A DNA stretch of 64,000 nt from Isurus oxyrinchus (Eukaryota), in the NCBI GenBank assembly GCA_026770705.1, contig JANJGN010000140.1, forward strand, positions 248,001 to 312,000, given 5' to 3'. The notes under the pieces are model-generated. The model ran no database searches and was not told the DNA's origin. It was given only the letters and a program-made list of their open reading frames with translations. Shown here piece by piece: positions 13,211 through 21,728 of this stretch (the stretch's first letter is position 1; each line of letters opens with the position of its first letter). Both the position numbers and the translations under genes were made by a program.

Positions 13211-13351
13211 CGACACATATATATGTTATCCTTAACAGTGATTTACACTAATTATTTTTCTCAAAGCAGCATTTTTATCACGTTGAGAAAGCTGACAGGA
13301 GTTGGCCGGACGTGCGGAAAAAATTGTAACTTTACACATTGCATCTCAAGT

Positions 13352-13653
13352 CATCGGCCATGTTTGTGTGACGTACTATCGGCCACGTTTGCGTGACGTA
13401 CTGTCGGCCATGTTGGTGTGACGTACTGTCGGCCATGTTGGTGTGACGTACTGTCGGCCATGTTTGTGTTGTACTGTCGGCCATGTTGGTGTGAAAAAGC
13501 TGTCTGCCAGGTTTGTGTGACATACGGTAGATCATCTTTGCGTGACGAAACTGTCGATCATGTTTTTGTGACGTACAGTCGGCCATGTTCGTGTGACTTA
13601 CTGTTGATCATGTTTTTGTGACGTCCTGTCGGCCATGTTTGTGTGACGTGCTG
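13352..13653. repeat. 25-bp tandem repeat, ~12 copies (TCGGCCATGTTTGTGTGACGTACTG)
   Basis: Head-to-tail units directly visible; most contain TGACG. Confidence 0.9.
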
Positions 13654-14489
13654 CAGTTCTTAATTTCCGTTTCGCCTTTTAATGGCATTTCCGTACCTGC
13701 CCGCAACGTTGAGCAGCTTTTTCCCGAACTCCGGTGTCAGCTTCGTGAAGCCTCTGACCTCGGCCTTGTCACGGGGTTTATTTGATTGAGTATTGCTGTT
13801 GCTGGTTGAGAGATAATCATACACCAGAAACAGTTTTCAGAACAGAATGTTGTGATGTCATCTTTAAAGAGAGCCCCAAGAAGAAAGCCCCCCAAGGTCT
13901 GTTGTCCTCCCGAGTGCCGTTTCCATCTCACTTACTGCTAACAGAAATTCTGAATTTTCCCAATCTGGAAGTCAAACATGGCTGAAATTAAACGCCATTT
14001 TACATGTAACCCATCGCAGGGCTGGTGCAGGATGCATTTGGCTAAATGACAGGGAGAATCTCCGGAATGTTGGAGTAAGAGTGGGTCGGGGGGTTTCTCT
14101 TGGTGTCCTGGGCCTTTAACAAACACCACCCAATACAAAGACATGCACCGACCTCCCAGTTCACCACTGTGGGGCAAGGAAGGCGGCAGCACAACTGGCA
14201 GAAAGTAAAGCTCCCCTCCCCCAACCCTGTACACCAGAGTATTGTGGGAGGGGCTTTCACATCCGGATCACTATCCAAACGAAAGGTCAGAAAGTTGCAG
14301 TTTCCTTTTATAAAACTGTCTCTTATTTCCACAACACTTAGCCAGCTATCCGGGAACCATGCGGCCCATCAATAATCTCAGCGAAACTGCCCTGTGCAAA
14401 TTAACTCGATTCCCCTAAAGTATTTCAGTCCAGCTCTGAGATTCGGTCTCCCAGTGCAGTCCAAGGCTGCAGGCTCCAGCTCCCCGTCA

Positions 14490-14495
14490 TATAAA
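14490..14495 (+). promoter_or_regulatory. TATA box of NAR-TCR V cassette 2
   Basis: TATAAA just upstream of leader ATG 14513; conserved with cassette 1. Confidence 0.65.
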
Positions 14496-14512
14496 CCCTC
14501 AGCTCCAGGCAG

Positions 14513-14948
14513 ATGGGAATCCTCCTTCTTTTCACTCTGTATGTCTGTTTACCCCGTGAGTGCAGATCAAACAAAACTGTCCGTATCCATCTCAAATACA
14601 GACACTGTCCGGGGTTTTAAACCAGTTCTGTGGTTCGGCTCTGATGCTCCATTAAACTCTGTTTAATTTCCAGGCTCTTTCAGTCAGTCAGTGGTACAGA
14701 CCCCGGCAGCGGTGACCAGGAAGGAGTGTCAGTCTCTCACCATCACCTGTGTTTTCAATGATAATTATTATTATTTTAAAAATGGGCATTTCTTCAGACA
14801 AACCCGGGACATTGTGGGAGCCGATCCACAGCGCGGGGAGAATTGTTGCGTCGGTGAATAAAGTAGAAAAGACATTTTCTCTGGAAATTCGGGATGTGAG
14901 AGTTGAAGACACCGCCACCTATTACTGTAAAGCTCAATACTATTGATA
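14513..14948 (+). pseudogene. NAR-TCR (IgNAR-like) V segment, cassette 2, frameshifted
   Basis: Leader 14513-14555 (MGILLLFTLYVCLP, GTGAGT donor); acceptor ending 14673. Reads SQSVVQTPAAVTRKECQSLTITCVFNDNYYYFKNGHFFRQT, then a 5-nt deletion relative to cassette 1 (~14805) shifts frame to GTLWEPIHSAGRIVASVNKVEKTFSLEIRDVRVEDTATYYCKAQYY. Confidence 0.88.
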
Positions 14949-14986
14949 CACAGTGATGGGCCTCGGCTTCCCGCGATACAAAAACT
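14949..14986 (+). other. V 23-class RSS (22-nt spacer), cassette 2
   Basis: CACAGTG + 22 nt + ACAAAAACT. Confidence 0.92.
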
Positions 14987-15302
14987 CTCACTGCAGATTG
15001 TCACAGAAACAAATGGAAAAGTGGAGTGAAGTCTGCAGTTAAACCCCCACAGTTCCGCTTCAGTTCCCCCACAGGACCGTCTGCCCCACAGTCTAGTTTA
15101 TAATGAGATTGGATTATTGCTGTTAACATCTTGAGTGTTATAAATGCCGAGTGTGTGCGGATGGTGATATTTTTCCCGGGATTGGTGTCAGTGAGTGAGG
15201 ATTGGGAACGATCCCAGTTACAAACCTGGTCTAACAGCTGGTACAGGGAACCGCAGTCCCTGCTGTTTAACTAATGTCCCCAAATCTCCCCAAGTACCCG
15301 GG

Positions 15303-15375
15303 GGACGTTATACTGACTTGTAACACTGTATGGATGGGTGAGGGAGTCACAATAGGAGAGACCTGAGCAAATACC
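15303..15375 (+). other. D segment (15331-15347, TGGATGGGTGAGGGAGT) flanked by 12/12 RSS
   Basis: GGACGTTAT-12nt-CACTGTA / 17-nt G-rich core / CACAATA-12nt-GCAAATACC. It lies between a 23-class V and a 23-class J, as the 12/23 rule requires. Confidence 0.8.
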
Positions 15376-15690
15376 TCTGTATGATTTAAATATAAATTCT
15401 CCGGGCTCGGATAGTGAATTGTCGGGTTAATGCTATTATCAATGGAATCTGGTTACATTTGATTTTAATTTCCACCATTCAGTTATCTTTCTTTGTTATT
15501 TTTGTCGGTTTACATGAAGCGAACATCTCGTTCCGGGCACCATATACTCAGAGCTCAGGGCCTCACAAAGAACAGTTTGACCCAACAGAGACTTTGGAAC
15601 GTTGAATATTGTTTAATTATTTAAATCCGCTGAATAATTGGGAAGTTTCTACTGTCTGATGATGATTTCCCGGCAGGGTGAGGTGTCGGC

Positions 15691-15788
15691 GGTTGTTGTA
15701 CCGGGGAGACTGAGAGCGGTGTCACTGTGGTGATGTATTAAATATGTGGATGGATCCGGGACGTTGGTGACTGTCACAGCTGGTAAGT
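15691..15788 (+). other. J segment (15730-15782) with 23-RSS and splice donor
   Basis: GGTTGTTGT-23nt-CACTGTG; coding (*)CIKYVDGSGTLVTVTA with the GxGT motif; phase-1 G|GTAAGT donor. The in-frame TGA at the 5' tip would need trimming. Confidence 0.9.
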
Positions 15789-16689
15789 GACTCCAAACCC
15801 CGCCGGCTTACAGACTGTCCCGGGTAATGTTCACAGACAGTTTATTATTGATATCAGTGGAGTTTGGGTGGGATGTGGGAGTTGATGGATTCTGGGCCAT
15901 TATTGGTTTAACGGGCACATCGGGGACAATATCAACATCATGGACCCTCAGACGCTGAATCGCTTTTAATGAGCGCAGATTGTTGACAATCCGGACTCCA
16001 CACCCAGTGTTAACTGTGACCGAGGGAACTCTGTCTGTCCCTTAGAGCTCGGGAGCGGGGTCACAGAGCTCTCTCCTGGGTAGCAGATTGCAGTCCAAGC
16101 CGCGCAATGTGAATGAGGCACCGGGTGAATAAACTCAACACAACTTCGGCCAGTTCGGATACCTGCAGCGGCTCTTTCAGTACCTGACCCGGGAGAAAAA
16201 CGGGAGAGTGACACCACGGACTTCAGAAATAAGACCCTGATGTGGGTCCAGGTGGAATTTTATTTTTGGACAATCAATGACTGAAATTAGTAACATTCTG
16301 CCTGCCATTTCTTTCAATTGTCTTCATAAAACGAATCACTTTCCTGCTTTTCCGCCCTCAGACTGAAATGTGAAAGTTTGGATCTGCAGACACTTCTCTA
16401 TATTGAATGTAGATGTTTGAGAGATGGGATTGCTATAATTTATCTGTATCCCTGATTACTGTGAATTGAAACAGCACAGTGCAGTGAGCGAGTCAGGGTA
16501 ATGCATTAATCTTATAAAGGAGAGTAGGGACAGAAGGAAACTGTGGGAATGTTCATTGAGAACCAGCAAGAAATAAGGAATCGAACGGGAGGGAAGGATT
16601 GAATGATTTCTGGGTGCCTTTTAAAGTACAATCCGACCCCAAGCTGTTGGATGAGGTTTATGGAGGGAAGGACTGAAATGGACTCCAGT

Positions 16690-17230
16690 CCGGAATGCTG
16701 TGTAAAGTTTTGTTCTCCTTACAGAAGAGAGATCAATCTGCATTGGAAGGAGCGTAACAATGTTTCATCAGACTGATTCCTGAGATGAAGGGATTGTCCA
16801 ATGGGAAGAGATTTAGTCGTCTCTGTCTATATTTCCTAGAGTTAGAAGAATGAGAGGTGATCTCATGAAAACATACAATATACTGAAGGGTTTTGACAGG
16901 GGAGATTCTGGGTCGGTGTCTCCCCAGACTGAGGAGTATAGAACTCGGGGTCACAGCTTCAGAGTAAAGAGTCATCCATTAGAACTGAGAAGGAAAAAAG
17001 CATCTTCACTAGAACCATTGTTGTGAATCTGTGGTATTCTGTAACTCAGAGGGCTGTGGATGTTCAGTATCTGTTTGCTTTGAAGACAATATTTGATAGG
17101 TTTATGGACACTAAAAGATCAGGGATATGGGGAGAGTGCGGGAATCTGACGTTGAGGTTGTAAATCAGCCAGGATATTCCTGAATGGCTGAGCAGGTTAG
17201 AAAGGTGATATGGGGGCTCCTGTTTCTATT
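16690..17230 (+). mobile_element. CR1 LINE 3' fragment
   Basis: Decayed LEFRRMRGDL-type sequence plus CR1 3' UTR. Confidence 0.7.
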
Positions 17231-18151
17231 GATTGGATTCTCTGCTTTGATTTTTTACACTCCTGAGAAAAGAAATCAGCAACAATCCACATCTCTTTGC
17301 GAAGATTGAACAGGCTGGGTCTCTTTTTTCTGGAAAACAGAACCAAGAGGAGAATCCATAGAAATCTTTTGAATCATGAACTGTTTTATGGTGGAGAAAT
17401 TGTTCATTTGTGGCTGAGTGTAAAGCAATAGCTGTCAACATATGACAGTAACTAACAGAACAAATAAAACATTTAAGACAAGTGAATTTAAACAAAGGCA
17501 GGTTAGAATGTGGAACTTGCTGCCACAGGGAGAGGTCGGGGCAGATAGTATTGATATATTTATTGGAACACTTGAAATTTCAGGAGGGAGAACGGAACAG
17601 ACCAACACAGGGAGCTGGATGGAAATGGTCAGTTAGGTTACTGGTGAGGTCAAGCTGGAATTGATTATATACAAAGGCTGAATGGCCCTTTCCTCTTTTG
17701 CATTCTTCTTCCTCTATAATGTAAAAGTGAGAGAGAACTCCGCCCAGTGAACCCAGGAGAGAATCAACCAATGGGCGGAAGGAATTGAAATTGTCAGAGA
17801 GCCAGAAGAGGCAGTTCCCAGTGAGTAACAGTTAAAATCGCTGCGGAAACTGAACAGACTGAGCCCAACCGACAACTGTGAGAATTTGGGACAAGTTCCC
17901 AGGATTGCAACAAGCACAAGCAGCACAAAATTAACGTGAAATAAAGGGAATGTGAACTTAAAGAAATAAAATGAAATTAATTGCATGTGTTCGAAATTAA
18001 GCTGAACTGGAGAAAAGTGGACCCTATTGATAGAATATATAGAAATAGAGCAAATGGCAGATAAAAATTCCCGAGCCGTTTTAAACCGCAGTAAATGATT
18101 GACCGTTCACCACGAGAGATGTTCACTCTCGGTTTGGCCCGATCGGTGTTG

Positions 18152-18200
18152 ATGAATCCCGTCAGTTTGTGTTGGATCTTGCTGTGCGCAGTGATGCCAC
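18152..18200 (+). pseudogene. Possible vestigial leader exon of the supporting V
   Basis: ATG-initiated MNPVSLCWILLCAVMP, a signal-peptide-like 16-mer about 510 nt upstream of the V acceptor. AC stands where a phase-1 GT donor is expected. A decayed homologue sits at ~6497-6545. Confidence 0.45.
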
Positions 18201-18712
18201 ACAGCTGTGTTTCTCTCCAACAAACATGTTTTTTTTGGAAATTGATTGACTCACTGATCATAAAATGCTCCCCCGGCTATGTGTCTCACCAAGGAAAGTA
18301 GAAACCGGAATGTAATATAATTCATAGAATTATCCAGCACGGAAGGATGACATTCGGCCCATCGTGTAGGCGCTGACCCTTTAAAAGTGTAATACAATTG
18401 TTCCCACTGCCCATGAATTTTCTCCTTGCTCTATATTTGTATTTACATTTCTAGCACAGACCCATTACCCGTTTGAAAGTTACTATTGAATCTATCCCCA
18501 ACACCAATTCAGACAGTCCAGTCCTGATCGGAAGAACTCGCAATGTAAAATAAAACATCACCTAATTCCCCATTTGGTCATATTTTCATAACAGTGAACA
18601 AGGTTCTAATAGGCTTCCAGCAAATAAAATTACTGCAAAAAACAGAGCTATTCACACGATTGACAAATTCTCCTGGACAAATATTGGCTGTGTTCATTTT
18701 TTTATCCTCCAG

Positions 18713-19012
18713 ATTCCAGTTCCATAATTTCCCGGATTTCGCCTCTAGAAATCTCTGCCATCGCTGACACCGTTATTTTAAACTGGGGATATTCAGGGTT
18801 CTGCACAGTACACTGGTACCGTCAGTCCCCAGGACAGGCTCCGGAATATCTGCTTCAGGGACACATTTCAGGAGAGGAGAATAAAGAAAATGCTGCCTGG
18901 GGGAGAATTTCTGCTTCTGTCGATTCTACCGAGAAAATCAGCCGGTTGAAGATCTCCAAATTACAATTGAGCGACTCCGCACTTTATTACTGTGAACTGA
19001 GTCGGCGCACAG
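18713..19012 (+). other. Leaderless supporting TCR V-delta-like segment, cassette 2 (open frame, Cys23 to Trp)
   Basis: Acceptor TCCTCCAG ending 18712, phase-compatible with the J donor (G+AT = Asp). Reads DSSSIISRISPLEISAIADTVILNWGYSGFCTVHWYRQSPGQAPEYLLQGHISGEENKENAAWGRISASVDSTEKISRLKISKLQLSDSALYYCELSRRT, with WYRQ, DSALYYC and a CDR1 Cys. The first canonical Cys is TGG here but TGT in cassette 1. Confidence 0.88.
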
Positions 19013-19438
19013 CACAGTGATATAGAGCACGGAGAGAGCTGTACAAAAACCTCAGCATGGTGCACAGTGATACAGAAACCGGAGGGCGCTGTACAAAAAC
19101 TTAACATGCTGGGATTACAGACACACAGTGATACAGAGCACGGAGAGAGCTGCACAAAATCCTGAACATGGTGGGATAACAGACACACAGTGATACAGAG
19201 CACGGAGAGAGCTGCACAAAATCCTGAACATGGCGGGATAACAGACACACAGTGATACAGAGCACGGAGAGAGCTGTACAAAAACCTGAACATGGTGGGA
19301 TTACAGACACACAGTGATACAGAGCACGGAGAGAGCTGCACAAAATCCTGAACATTGCGGGATAACAGACACACAGTGATACAGAGCACGGAGAGAGCTG
19401 TACAAAAACCTGAACATGGTGGGATTATAGACACAGTA
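19013..19438 (+). repeat. Tandem array of seven complete 23-RSSs plus one degenerate copy (62-bp unit)
   Basis: CACAGTG at 19013, 19063, 19124, 19186, 19248, 19310 and 19372, each followed by exactly 23 nt and ACAAAAACC, ACAAAAACT or ACAAAATCC; CACAGTA at 19432. Confidence 0.93.
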
Positions 19439-19497
19439 ATGGAAGGCACGAAAAGATTTCAAATAATTGTCAACTTTCGGGTTTAAATTGAAAGGAG

Positions 19498-19556
19498 CAC
19501 ACACACACACACACACACACACACAACATACATAAACACACACACATACACACACA
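19498..19556. repeat. (CA)n microsatellite
   Basis: Directly visible. Confidence 0.9.
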
Positions 19557-19799
19557 GAAGGGTAGTGGGGGGAGGGAATCACTCCACGAATGTATTTTCA
19601 ATTGACTTTATAATTTTGTAGCACAGAATAAAATCGTTAAAAACATCAAGTTCGCACATTCTTTCTGGCTCCGCAGAGCCTTTAATATTTTTATACTTCG
19701 AGCCGCCGATAATACCCCTGCCAAAAGAATTCTTTCAATTATCCATTCTTGATCAAGCGATGTGCACTATTTTGGCATAAATGGTTGAAGGTGGCCTAA

Positions 19800-20150
19800 C
19801 AGCCTGAGAAATAATGCTAAAACATCCGGGATTATCGGCATCATAACAGTGGCATAGAGTCCAAATGCAAAGGAATACTACTGTTCCCCTGGAAAGCACT
19901 GCTTACCCCTCAACTGGAGCATTATGTCCACTTCGGGCATCGCACTTTAGGAGGGATGTGAATGGTTTAGAAAGGGCGCAGAGAAGTTTACCAGAATCGT
20001 CCCAGGGATGCAGGACTTCAGTTAATTGTATAGATTGGGGAAACTGGGTTTGTTCTCCATGGAGAATGGAAGGTTCAGGGTAGATCTGATAGAGGTGCTC
20101 AAAATCATGTGGCCCTGGGCTGAGTAGATCAAAATAAACAGTTTCTATAG
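19800..20150 (+). mobile_element. CR1 LINE ORF2 C-terminal fragment
   Basis: HFRRDVNGLERAQR and GDLIEVLKIM-like decayed sequence. Confidence 0.6.
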
Positions 20151-21728
20151 GTGGAAGGGCAGAGAAAAAGAACAGGAGGTTGGTTTTCGATTCGCTTCCT
20201 TGGTGAATGGGCCGTGGAAAGAAGCGGCTCCAACAATTCAATGCGCCTGGGAAGGCCTCTTTCTGTGGCACAGGTTGTGCGGGCGGCACTCTACGAGAAT
20301 CGTCCTTCGCGGCTGGACAAACAATCAATTTTGTCCATTAAGACCGAATGTTTATATAATGTTTCGTATAAATCGAGCCTTTTTACCTACAAACACGTCA
20401 GATATGCACAGCCTGCTGTATCTCACACACACACATACAGGGCCGACTGTCTGTCACAGAAACCTGGCCTCCGGTTTTCAATGGCTCAGGGCAAAATATT
20501 GTCAGCAGGATAACAGCACGGTGATTGGCTCTTTCTCCCTTGATCCGGGGTCAGGAGGTGACGGCGTATTTTTAGGCTCCGCCCAGCATTAAAACGCCCG
20601 GCTTGTAAATCGTGTAACTTTTGACCCGGTCCTTGGAAGAGGGATAAAACCACAGTTCTTAAAGGGTTGCGAGCTGTTTGGCTAAGTTTAGTATTTAGGA
20701 GGGATGATTAGTGGTTAAAATATGGATCGGAAGAAAGTGACATTTTTTAATGCATTGATTCAGTCAGGTGGCTGAACATCAATTGCTTATTTTTAATTAC
20801 TAACAACGATTTCGTACAGTCAACACGTAATGCAGATACAATAGTTTTCGAGGAGTACTTGCCATCAATTCAATGCAATGTTGTTGTAGTAAACACATTC
20901 TGGATCTTGTTTATCGCTGTATCCTCTTAAAGCACAGTATATGGACTTGGGAATACAACAATAATTAGGATGAATACTAACAGAGGCAGAGCCTAGTGTA
21001 ATAATCAAAGAGGAAGTGTAAAATAATGTGGATCCATTAAAACATTCACAGAAAAAGAGCCTAACGTCAGAATCAAGGAGCCTAGGACTGATACAAAAAT
21101 ATCCTAATATTGCTTTATGTGACTTAATCACAATTTTATTTTATTGTGCCCGTGTAAGGCGCATGGTAACATTTAAACTGTTTTAAAATGTTATAATATA
21201 TGTTAAAAGTGTGTAAATGCGTGTTGATGTTGTGAGATTAAGCTTTGTGTTGTGTGGATATTCCTTGGCTATTGCTGGCATAACTTGCATTGTGTGGATA
21301 TAACTTCCACTGTGTGGTATAACTTGCAATTTGACTGTCACTGTCATTCTGATTCTTACCTGGTCTCACGTCACTGAGCTATGCTGGCTTCGGCCTAATA
21401 GCTAACAATGTTTCTTTCAGTGTCTCCCATAAATGAACATTCCACATAACTAAGCATATTTTAGATCTGCGCAAGCACTAACAAGTTACATTCAAAACTA
21501 CACTGGGTTGCATGAGGCATCAAGACTCGATAATCATCTCCCAAGTGTCTCCCAACATTCTACTACCTCTCAAAAATAACATGAAAAATAATTGCTGAAT
21601 CTATTTGTTCGGGTAACTGTAAATAATTATGGAAGCTAATTGTCTCTCTGTAGAATTCCAACAGTATAAATAACACAGAGAATCTCTGTCATCAACTATC
21701 ACGGGCAGAGAACATCTCTTCTCAGAAA

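Noticed and set aside
13352-13653. CRISPR-like appearance of the 25-bp repeat (and of the 62-bp array)
   Set aside because: Head-to-tail units without unique spacers, vertebrate context, and no cas genes.
14394-14401. Octamer-like GTGCAAAT (CTGCAAAT at 1512) upstream of the V leaders
   Set aside because: Both mismatch ATGCAAAT at position 1 and their spacing to TATA differs between cassettes; too weak to call.
15111-15140. Possible second D segment RSS (GGATTATTG)
   Set aside because: No heptamer at 12 or 23 nt in either cassette.
18961-19582. Cys-rich repetitive minus-strand ORFs (162, 84 and 93 aa)
   Set aside because: They are antisense translations of the RSS array and CA microsatellite, with no splice or promoter support.
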